Shown piece by piece: positions 8,518 through 16,625 of a DNA stretch of 20,000 bases (its first letter is position 1; each line of letters starts with the position of its first letter). This DNA is from an uncultured virus (IMG/VR IMGVR_UViG_2061766007_000583) (taxonomy: Duplodnaviria; Heunggongvirae; Uroviricota; Caudoviricetes). The stretch lies in IMG/VR virus record IMGVR_UViG_2061766007_000583. One strand, 5' to 3'. The translations under genes were made by a program, and so were the position numbers. A model generated the notes under the pieces. It ran no database searches, was not told the DNA's origin, and was given only the letters and a program-made list of their open reading frames with translations.

Positions 8518-8823
8518 TTAGCAATCATAATCATAACAACCCATATAAGGATTAAATCCGATTTCATAATCATAGTCGTCATAGTCTTCGATTTCTTCGT
8601 CTTCGGTCAATCCTTCAAGTTCATATTGTTCGTGAAAATATGTTTCTTCAAGCATTGCTTTTTCTGTTTCGTCTGCACATTCTACAAGCATTAAAACGAA
8701 CAAATAAGCGTTTTCAAAAGTGTCGATTAAATATTCTTCTTCATAGTTGTTAACATTGATTTTAACGCCGTTTTCTACTCTGTAAATCTCATATTTGTTG
8801 CCGTTGATATTAAATTCTTTCAT
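8518..8823 (-). CDS. Highly acidic protein, possible DNA mimic
   Basis: 101 aa, D/E-rich tail EDEEIEDYDDYDYE; AAAGGAG RBS. Confidence 0.85.
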   Translation of the reverse strand: MKEFNINGNKYEIYRVENGVKINVNNYEEEYLIDTFENAYLFVLMLVECADETEKAMLEETYFHEQYELEGLTEDEEIEDYDDYDYEIGFNPYMGCYDYDC

Positions 8824-9000
8824 AGGTTTATCTCCTTTCTTGATAATACAATATTAACATAAAAGGCTTTTCTTGTCAATATAAAAATTGCACAAATTAA
8901 AATTTATTTCGTTATGCATATTTTGGTTTACATAATATTAATTTCTGATATTTAAATATCGGATTTTGGTTTACATAAAAAAAGACCCTATTGGGTCTTT

Positions 9001-9354
9001 TTAGTATAGCGTTTCGTCGTATCTAACGGCGATTGTTTCATCCATTCTAGCGTGTCCACGCTCAATGGCTTCGTGTCTGTCTTTAGCACTAGCAAGACAA
9101 CTCAAGCCGTTCTGTATTAAAAACTCGTTTAAATGTTTCGAAGTGGTTTTAGAATAGTTGTAATCCCTTCCAAAAGTTACAACTTTTCTAAATCCTAATC
9201 CACCTTCAGTGGCGATTTCACATACTCTAGAATCGTATGACTGAAATGCTACATAGGGTTTGTTGGTTACATTAGAATTATAATGTAATATAAACTGATT
9301 TGCGTTAGCGTTGCCGTTGGCGTTGATTAACTGTGATACTAAAATTTCTGACAT
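9001..9354 (-). CDS. Hypothetical phage protein (NQF...FQSY-x-S...YSKTT-x-K-H motif family)
   Basis: 117 aa, AAAGG RBS, own promoter and terminator. Confidence 0.85.
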   Translation of the reverse strand: MSEILVSQLINANGNANANQFILHYNSNVTNKPYVAFQSYDSRVCEIATEGGLGFRKVVTFGRDYNYSKTTSKHLNEFLIQNGLSCLASAKDRHEAIERGHARMDETIAVRYDETLY

Positions 9355-9539
9355 ATTACTTTTACCTTTCGAACCTATTTTTATCGGTTCGCCTTTCGTA
9401 TTTGATAATACAATTATAACATATACATTTTTAAAGTCAATAGTTTTGAGTAAAAAAGTTGCATAAAATTTTTAAAAGTTTTTGTGCATATTTTATAATA
9501 TATGATATTTAAATATCAGAAATAAATAATAAAAAATGG

Positions 9540-9743
9540 CTATTTCCATAGCCATTCGTATTCGTCCACGAGACGCATTTCAAGAACACAATAATAATCA
9601 TAATCGCCCCAATCACGCTCTTCATAGGCAGATTCCTGCCAACGGCGTAATTCTTCCAAACGCTTCTTATATTCGCACATAGCGTTATATGTAGCGTTTG
9701 TAAGTGTTGCAGTGATACCTTCAGAAATAATGATAGTCTTCAT
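9540..9743 (-). CDS. Small acidic hypothetical protein
   Basis: 67 aa, AAGGAG RBS. Confidence 0.8.
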   Translation of the reverse strand: MKTIIISEGITATLTNATYNAMCEYKKRLEELRRWQESAYEERDWGDYDYYCVLEMRLVDEYEWLWK

Positions 9744-9902
9744 AAAATTTATCTCCTTTTTAAATACAATGTTTTCTTAACTTCTATAATTATAATATCA
9801 CAATATAATAATTGTGTCAACACTTTTTTAAAAAAAATTTTTAATTTATTTTTAAGTATGATATTTAAATATCAGAATAACAAATAAAAAAAAGAAAAGG
9901 CT

Positions 9903-10052
9903 TTATTCAGCCTTTTCAATCATTCTTGCTTTTGTAACTTCAGCAACTGCTTTCTGTCTTCTTCTGTACTCTTCAGCCGTCGGTTTGTTAAACGGCTCTA
10001 TAACCTTTTCAAATCCTACAATTTTTTTGTTCTCAATAATCGCTCTTGTCAT
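9903..10052 (-). CDS. 49-aa peptide MTRAIIENKKIVGFEKVIEPFNKPTAEEYRRRQKAVAEVTKARMIEKAE
   Basis: Hand-translated; AAAGGAG RBS; stop lies in the terminator loop. Confidence 0.75.
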   Translation of the reverse strand: MTRAIIENKKIVGFEKVIEPFNKPTAEEYRRRQKAVAEVTKARMIEKAE

Positions 10053-10067
10053 AATTTTAATCTCCTT

Positions 10068-10136
10068 TTAAATGTTTTGTTTACGTTTAATAAGTTCTTC
10101 GTGAGTGTTCATAAAGTTTCCGATTGATTCAACCAT
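10068..10136 (-). CDS. Possible 22-aa leader peptide MVESIGNFMNTHEELIKRKQNI
   Basis: Short ORF between the promoter (10195) and the 49-aa gene; weak RBS. Confidence 0.3.
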   Translation of the reverse strand: MVESIGNFMNTHEELIKRKQNI

Positions 10137-10304
10137 TCACCCTATTACTTCCGTTCCCTTATCTTGATTATATATTATCATATTATGATATATAAGTCAA
10201 TACTTTTTTGAAAAAATATTGCACAATTTTTTTAAAATTTTTTGTGCATATTTTTTATTTATGATATTCAAATATCAGAATTGAAAACAAAAAAATAAAA
10301 GGGT

Positions 10305-10433
10305 TTACACCCTTTTATAATATTCAAGCCACGTCAAAGCGTTTGTTTCGTCGTCAAGGTCATACAATTCAATACCTTCTTTAATCATTTCGTCATAAGT
10401 TAAAATGTTTCCGTTCTGTAAATTCATAAACAT
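10305..10433 (-). CDS. 42-aa acidic peptide MFMNLQNGNILTYDEMIKEGIELYDLDDETNALTWLEYYKRV
   Basis: Hand-translated; AAAGGAGG RBS; own promoter and terminator. Confidence 0.8.
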   Translation of the reverse strand: MFMNLQNGNILTYDEMIKEGIELYDLDDETNALTWLEYYKRV

Positions 10434-10540
10434 AGGCTTTGCCCTCCTTTATTATGTTATAAGTATAACATAATATTATAATATTGTCAAGTATTATTTT
10501 TATATTGTCTGATATTTAAATATCATATTTTACGCAAACA

Positions 10541-10762
10541 AAAAAAGCAAACCGAATCTTATTACTGACGTTTGCTTCTTGTGATAGACCTTGAGTGCAT
10601 TAGGGGTCTATCGTGGTCTGATTTGCTAGGCTCAAAGCCTACACGCCCAAACGATTTAAAAATCGTTACACCCGACCTAAAAGCGTGTCCCAACGGATAT
10701 TGTATGACTAACAGTCAGTTAAGGGGGACTTCTCATAACTCCTTGCTCCTTTTTTTTATTAT
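10541..10762 (-). ncRNA. Candidate ~220-nt structured RNA
   Basis: Promoter 10769-10797, terminator about 10541-10579, only a 5-codon ORF (10719-10736), several perfect stems, higher GC than flanks. Confidence 0.6.
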
Positions 10763-10830
10763 GTATATATAATATCACAATATAAAAACATTGTCAATAC
10801 TTTTTTTAAAAAAATTTTTTAAAAAAATTT

Positions 10831-10936
10831 AACGCAATATTTGGCTCTGTATTGCGTTTAATTTAATTAGGTATAGATTTATACCTAAAATAATATAAAA
10901 TTAAATGTAGGGCATTCTGTGACGTTTAAAAGGTAT
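10831..10936 (-). repeat. Dispersed ~106-bp element, copy D (inverted)
   Basis: Reverse complement reads ATACCTTTTAAACGTCACAGAATGCCC...AAACGCAATACAGAGCCAAATATTGCGTT. Confidence 0.8.
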
Positions 10937-11015
10937 TGTATGATTTACTGTATATGTTTTTACAATATATAAATATGATATTTAAATATCAATTACGAAA
11001 CAAAAAAATAAGGGA

Positions 11016-11402
11016 TTACTCCCTTATTTCAAATTCCTTGTAATGGTCATATTTGAGTTTAAATACATTCAAGTCAATTTCTGCATTAACTTCTACACCG
11101 ATATAACCATCTTTTACATAGGTGGATTTAAACTCCTTGTAAATATCAATCGTTGTCAATTCGTTTAAATTGAATTTTAAAATTTCTTCAACAAGTTTTT
11201 CATTTTTAAATTCTCCAAACAACTGATTGATTAAACTGAATTTTGACATTAAGTCTTCTACATAAAATTCTAAATCAATACCGTCTTCGCTAATCATTTG
11301 TTTTGCTCTTCTTACAATATAATCAATAGGGTCTTCGCTACAATTGATTAATTCGTTAACTTCGATTTCAGGATAAATATTATACTTGAGTTTTAAATTC
11401 AT
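11016..11402 (-). CDS. Acidic hypothetical phage protein
   Basis: 128 aa, AAGGAG RBS. Confidence 0.85.
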   Translation of the reverse strand: MNLKLKYNIYPEIEVNELINCSEDPIDYIVRRAKQMISEDGIDLEFYVEDLMSKFSLINQLFGEFKNEKLVEEILKFNLNELTTIDIYKEFKSTYVKDGYIGVEVNAEIDLNVFKLKYDHYKEFEIRE

Positions 11403-11543
11403 ATTTTTGTTCTCCTTTTCTTTTGATACTATAACTATATCATATTATAATATAGTTGTCAATACTTTTTTTTGAAAAATTTTTATTTTATGATATTTAA
11501 ATATCATAATTAATCAAAAATAATAAAGGGATTTCTCCCTTTA

Positions 11544-11912
11544 TTATTTTATCAATCTTGATATTATCCACATTAAGCCTTGTATATATTCTTTTTCTAG
11601 TGTATCATAAGTTACACTGTCAAGAAAATATTCGTCTACGTCTTCGCTATAAACGTCAAAGTAAATTATTACTTCTTTAGGATTATAATAATTAAAATAA
11701 ATATATCCTAAATTATTCCACGTTTCAACACGGACAATATTTGCCATTTTTGATTCTGTTTCTGCAATAGGTATTCTGTCAACTTCAATAGTAGTCTTAT
11801 ACTTTTCTTGATACTCTTTAAGTGTTTCTATATCTCTTACATTCATAAAGATTGAAACAACTTCGTGATAATCTCTTTTAATTTCTTCAAGTGTTGGTGT
11901 TGTAATATTCAT
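11544..11912 (-). CDS. Hypothetical phage protein
   Basis: 122 aa, AAAGGAG RBS. Confidence 0.85.
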   Translation of the reverse strand: MNITTPTLEEIKRDYHEVVSIFMNVRDIETLKEYQEKYKTTIEVDRIPIAETESKMANIVRVETWNNLGYIYFNYYNPKEVIIYFDVYSEDVDEYFLDSVTYDTLEKEYIQGLMWIISRLIK

Positions 11913-12054
11913 TTTTAAATCTCCTTTGTTATTTGATAATAATAATATATCATATTACAACATATTTGTCAAGTGTTTTATAACATATTTGTTAAATTTC
12001 TGATATTTAAATATCATATACCTAGTAAAATAAAAAAGTGGGTTGCCCCACTTT

Positions 12055-12324
12055 TTATGCTTTAGTTACATATTCAAGTAAACCTTCGTATAAATCGTTT
12101 ACGTTTTTTCCTTCCATTTTAGAATTAATTGTCGGCATATATTTTCCTTCGCCTTTACAGTAAAATAAAATAACTCCGTCTTCGTCAAACACCATATAAT
12201 CGCAAGACTTCGGCACGTTACCTTGAAGTCCCCAAAGTTTTAATAAAGAACTTGCGAGACCTTCCATAATTGTTTTAACTTCTCCGTTCTTTCTTGTGAA
12301 TAATACTGAATAATTGTTCTTCAT
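12055..12324 (-). CDS. Hypothetical phage protein
   Basis: 89 aa, AAAGGAG RBS. Confidence 0.85.
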   Translation of the reverse strand: MKNNYSVLFTRKNGEVKTIMEGLASSLLKLWGLQGNVPKSCDYMVFDEDGVILFYCKGEGKYMPTINSKMEGKNVNDLYEGLLEYVTKA

Positions 12325-12437
12325 AATTTTAATCTCCTTTAATGTTTTGTTTTATCTTATGTATACATTATATCATATTACAATAAATTGTCAACACTTT
12401 TTTGAAAAAAATTTAAAAAATATTTTTAAAAAACCTA

Positions 12438-12467
12438 TTGACAAAACAATAATAAATGTGTTATAAT
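12438..12467 (+). promoter_or_regulatory. Orphan plus-strand sigmaA promoter with no downstream ORF
   Basis: TTGACA-18-(TGt)TATAAT facing palindrome 12505 and terminator 12536-12557. Confidence 0.6.
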
Positions 12468-12557
12468 GGAATTGATACCAAATTATACAACAATATTGTA
12501 CAATATGATATTTAAATATCAGAAAACAGACAAAAAGAAAAAGCCTTTCGGCTTTTC

Positions 12558-12782
12558 CTAGTCAATCTCTTTCAAGATTGTTTTTGCTTTTAAAATTAAG
12601 TCATAATCTTCGCACTCGTCAAGTACCATATAACAATAATCCTTGATTGCTTTAGGGTCATTATCAAGTGTATCTTCGATATAAGCAAGTGGCTCGAAAT
12701 CGAATGAAATATCTTCATATGAGTAAGGGTCAAAGTCTTTCATTAAATTGTCGATTAAAAAAATTAACTGTTCTTTGTTCAT
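12558..12782 (-). CDS. Small highly acidic protein
   Basis: 74 aa, D/E-rich, AAAGGAG RBS. Confidence 0.85.
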   Translation of the reverse strand: MNKEQLIFLIDNLMKDFDPYSYEDISFDFEPLAYIEDTLDNDPKAIKDYCYMVLDECEDYDLILKAKTILKEID

Positions 12783-12937
12783 AATGTTTTCTCCTTTGTT
12801 AACAATGTTTTGTTTTATTTGATAATACTATTATAACACCTTGATTTTATATGTCAATACTTTTTTAAAAATTTTTTTCAAAAAAATTTTATTTTATGAT
12901 ATTTAAATATCATAAAGTGTTAGAATTAAAAATGGCT

Positions 12938-13117
12938 TTAAGCCATTTCTAATTCATAGATAATTCTTTCAGCACTTGCTAAATTTGAATAAATTCTAGC
13001 ATAACTGTAATCTGTAACATATTTAGCAACGCCACGATAATAACTTTTTAAATAAAGTTTTCTTCCTTCTTCGATTTTAAAAATCTTGTAGCCATTCCAA
13101 ACTCTTAATGTTTTCAT
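12938..13117 (-). CDS. 59-aa protein MKTLRVWNGYKIFKIEEGRKLYLKSYYRGVAKYVTDYSYARIYSNLASAERIIYELEMA
   Basis: Hand-translated; AAAGGAG RBS; own promoter (13173) and terminator. Confidence 0.8.
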   Translation of the reverse strand: MKTLRVWNGYKIFKIEEGRKLYLKSYYRGVAKYVTDYSYARIYSNLASAERIIYELEMA

Positions 13118-13261
13118 TTGATTGTTGCTCCTTTCCTTTAACTATATATACTATATCATATTATAATATTCTTGTCAATATGTTTTTGAAAAATATTTTT
13201 ATTTTCTGATATTCAAATATCAGCGACAATAAAAAAAAGAAAAGGGCTTTTCGCCCTTCTC

Positions 13262-13765
13262 TTAAATCTTTTCTCCACTCTCGATAGCGTTTACACACTT
13301 TTCATATCCTTTATATTTACTGAAAAGTCTTAATCCGTCAAGTGTTTTAAGGTTTAATTCATTACCCCTTAAATCTCTACATTTAACCACCATTGATTTA
13401 GGATTATCAAATCTCTTTTCGTAACTGTTTACAAGTTTTGTAATTGACTGAAAACCTTGTATTTCGTTACCAATGAATTTAGCATTTCCAAAGTTATCAT
13501 ATTTAGGTGCGTATCCTAAAGATTCAAGCCAAGCAGTAATATCAGCAGTGGGATTTTTAACGCTCAACTCAAGTGTATAATAAGAACTTGTTGCCTTATC
13601 ACTTGCAGTGTTTGTTGCAATTCTCTTCATTGCTTTGTGCTTTGCTTCTTCTTCACAGTGGGGACAAACAAAACCATAATTCTTCTGTCCACGATAAACC
13701 TTTTTACATAAACTCTTGTGAATTTCTACTCCACAACCTACACAATTAACCATAACTTTTGACAT
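13262..13765 (-). CDS. Zinc-finger (2x CxxC) phage protein
   Basis: 167 aa, CVGC...CPHC, AGGAGG RBS. Confidence 0.85.
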   Translation of the reverse strand: MSKVMVNCVGCGVEIHKSLCKKVYRGQKNYGFVCPHCEEEAKHKAMKRIATNTASDKATSSYYTLELSVKNPTADITAWLESLGYAPKYDNFGNAKFIGNEIQGFQSITKLVNSYEKRFDNPKSMVVKCRDLRGNELNLKTLDGLRLFSKYKGYEKCVNAIESGEKI

Positions 13766-13941
13766 AATTTTAATCCTCCTTTTTGGATTTCTTGTTTGTT
13801 TTTATCTTACAATACATATTATATACTATTAGTTTTTATTTGTCAATACTTTTTTTAAATTTTTTAAAATTTTTTTTCTTACAATATTTTCTGATATTCA
13901 AATATCAGAATCAAAATCGAAAAAAGAATAGGACTTTCGCC

Positions 13942-14268
13942 CTATTCAAAAATCTCGTATAAAGATTTTTTATAATTCCATTCGCCTTTTACTTGCATTT
14001 CTGCATAGTATGTAGCCATTTCATAGAGTTTCAAAATACTATCAGTTTCTAAAATCAATTCCCAATCTCTAGGGCAAAATGCTTGATATTCGGATTTTGC
14101 ACTCTTATAAACGATTCCAGAGTATAACCAATTTTGACCATAATCGAAATAAATATCTTCAACTGTTAACCTAAAATCCGACACTACAGTATTTACAAAT
14201 ACACAAAACGATTCAAGTCTTATTCTTTCAACTGTACCCATTGTATAAGTTTTAATTTTATTAGCCAT
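13942..14268 (-). CDS. Hypothetical phage protein
   Basis: 108 aa, AAGGAGG RBS. Confidence 0.85.
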   Translation of the reverse strand: MANKIKTYTMGTVERIRLESFCVFVNTVVSDFRLTVEDIYFDYGQNWLYSGIVYKSAKSEYQAFCPRDWELILETDSILKLYEMATYYAEMQVKGEWNYKKSLYEIFE

Positions 14269-14439
14269 TTTCTGACCCTCCTTTATTTTATATACTTATT
14301 ATATAGGATTAAAATTTATTTGTCAATACTTTTTTTAAAAAATATTTTTATATACATNNNNNNNNNNNNNNNNNNNNNNNNNNNNNNNNNNNNNNNNNNN
14401 NNNNNNNATTAAAAAGGGACTTATAAAGTCCCTTTTATT

Positions 14440-14751
14440 TTACCACAATTCCGATTCAACAACTTCTCTTTGTACGGCAACTGATTCTTGATTAAGAATT
14501 TTTTTAATGTTTTCAACAATCTCTTTTACTGTAGTTTTTTCGATAAACATTAATTCAATTCTTAATGTTTTTTCGGTTACAAAACTGCCGTCGTCGTGCT
14601 TGTAAATTCCGTCGGCTTCAAAAATTGTCGCTCCGTCTGTATAAGATAATAATAATTTCTTAATTATCTTATATGCTTCAAGTGTTGATACTTCTTGAAT
14701 TTTTGTGTCCTTGTCATTAAGTCCTACATAAAGTGTAAATTTTTCAATCAT
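14440..14751 (-). CDS. DUF3574-like / phage SAM-lyase (SAMase)-like protein
   Basis: 103 aa with G-x-T...G-x-Y...EKT-x-R...QESV-x-V motif order, similar to T3 SAMase (GCY...EEKTVRV...EQDCVLV) as recalled. Confidence 0.6.
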   Translation of the reverse strand: MIEKFTLYVGLNDKDTKIQEVSTLEAYKIIKKLLLSYTDGATIFEADGIYKHDDGSFVTEKTLRIELMFIEKTTVKEIVENIKKILNQESVAVQREVVESELW

Positions 14752-15185
14752 TTTGGTTGCCTCCCTTGTTTTGATTATGGACTAATTATATCATACCATT
14801 TCTAACTTGTCAAGAAAAAAATGCACAAATTTTAAAAATTTTTTTGTACAATTTTACCACACTGTATATTACATTCTGATATTTAAATATCAGAAAAAAT
14901 CATACTATACTTATACAACGCAATATTTCGCCCTATATGGCGTTTTATATTTTACCCCTTGCGTAATGCGTGAAAATAAATTAAGTGCCGAGCCGAGCCG
15001 TATAATGCGTTATACATATATATTATACATAATTATAGATAAGTATAGTTATATATAACTGATATTCTAATATCATATATACAATAAAGAAAAAAGGCAA
15101 TGCATTTTGCAAAGCCTTTTTTCAAACTCAAAACATTGTATAGGAGGGTTTTATGCCAAAGCAACTTTCGTTGCTTATTGCCATT

Positions 15186-15518
15186 TTATAATTCAGATAA
15201 AGGAACATAAATCTTTTCAATTTCAGATTCAGAATCTGAATCGTCTTCTTCATCTTCTTCTTCGTCGTCGTCCCAATAATCGTCTTCATCTTCTTCTTCA
15301 GTATCAAGACCAATTTGTTCAAAAATCCATTCATCTTCGAACCATAAAAGGTCATTTACTTCTGTCATTGTTGGAATTTCATCGCCATAATATGATTCAA
15401 GAAAGTTCATTAATTCATCTTCGTAACCATATTCTTCAACTGTTTTAAGAGTATCTTCTGCACCACTCCAACAAGCATTAACTAAATCATTAAAATCATA
15501 ATAATTCTTAATTTCCAT
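15186..15518 (-). CDS. Extremely acidic protein, possible DNA mimic
   Basis: 110 aa, WSGA...VNDLLWFE core plus a poly-D/E tail; AAGGAG RBS. Confidence 0.85.
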   Translation of the reverse strand: MEIKNYYDFNDLVNACWSGAEDTLKTVEEYGYEDELMNFLESYYGDEIPTMTEVNDLLWFEDEWIFEQIGLDTEEEDEDDYWDDDEEEDEEDDSDSESEIEKIYVPLSEL

Positions 15519-15792
15519 TTTGTTATCTCCTTTTGTTCTTTTCCTTACCTTGTAAATACATTATAGCATATTACTTTTAATTTGTCAAGCATTTTTTTTA
15601 TTTTATTTTTGCTTTTTTATATTTACTTTCCGTTCCCTTATTTGTTAAATACATTATAGCATAAGTATAAAGTTTTGTCAAGAAAAAGTTTTAAATTCAA
15701 AATCGAGTTTGGAATCATATATGATATTTAAATATCAGAATTTGATAAATGAAAAACGGATTCAAATTCGAAAATCAGAATCCGTTTTGTTT

Positions 15793-16197
15793 TTAGTCTT
15801 TTAAATTAACATATCCAAGTATATATTCTTCATCAGAATAAATCTTGTTGTTTGACGGATAATCACAACTAACATTAAATACTAAACCTTCTTTTTCTGC
15901 AAGTTTTAATACTTCACGTACTGCATAATCATAAGGCATTCTTCTTGTTTTGCAAAAACTAAATTCGTCAAGTTCGTCATTATTAAGAACAAAACTCTCA
16001 CAATATAATTTTTTATCGCTATTTGCATTGCCATTAAAAGCGATTCTATCAACTGTAATTGTGGGTGCATCTTGTCCATCCCAGTCTCTAATAGCAATCC
16101 CTTTTTTAGCACAATCTTTTAAAATCTCTCTAACACTATTACAAAATTCTTCAGTAATAGGTTTAGTTGTTCTTGTCCAATATCTTGTAAAACCCAT
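15793..16197 (-). CDS. Hypothetical phage protein (MG[FY]T-x-YW...FNG...FCKT-x-R-x-PYD motif family)
   Basis: 134 aa, AAGGAG RBS, second gene of a two-gene unit. Confidence 0.85.
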   Translation of the reverse strand: MGFTRYWTRTTKPITEEFCNSVREILKDCAKKGIAIRDWDGQDAPTITVDRIAFNGNANSDKKLYCESFVLNNDELDEFSFCKTRRMPYDYAVREVLKLAEKEGLVFNVSCDYPSNNKIYSDEEYILGYVNLKD

Positions 16198-16208
16198 ATC
16201 TTTCTCCT

Positions 16209-16424
16209 TTACTCTCCTAATAACATTCTTCTGTCTTCATCATAATAAAAAGTTCTTGTTTTGGTAGTTATTTTATACATACCATTGTTATTATTCTTAA
16301 CGCAATCATAAACTTTAAGTCTATCTGCTACTTCTAATTGATAGCCTACTTCGTTTAAACTGCATTCGGAATAAATAATTTCCATATTTGTTTTACCATC
16401 AGTGGTTGAGTACCATCTTCTCAT
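16209..16424 (-). CDS. Hypothetical phage protein
   Basis: 71 aa, AAGGAGG RBS. Confidence 0.8.
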   Translation of the reverse strand: MRRWYSTTDGKTNMEIIYSECSLNEVGYQLEVADRLKVYDCVKNNNNGMYKITTKTRTFYYDEDRRMLLGE

Positions 16425-16625
16425 ATCTGTTTCCCTCCTTCGATAATACTACTATATCATATTATAATAAATTTGTCAATAGTTTTTTTTATTCTTTTTA
16501 AAAATTTTTTTATTCGCTTTAAGATAATTTAAAGCGAATAACTGATATTTAAATATCAGAATACAAAATAAAAAACAGTCGCAAGGCTTTTGACCTCACG
16601 ACTGCAACAAAGGAAGGTAACAAAA

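Larger units (their letters stand above)
5978..14850. promoter_or_regulatory. TGCACAA-N15-TTGTGCA inverted repeat just upstream of -35 in a subset of promoters
   Basis: 5978-6006, 6127-6155, 8889-8918, 9460-9488, 10220-10248, 14822-14850. Confidence 0.75.

Noticed and set aside
5917..8582. ORFs 5917-6162, 8180-8521 and 8208-8582
   Set aside because: Open only because they cross N gaps.
10541..10762. tRNA or tmRNA gene
   Set aside because: No T-loop (GTTCRA), acceptor stem/CCA or tag reading frame is visible.
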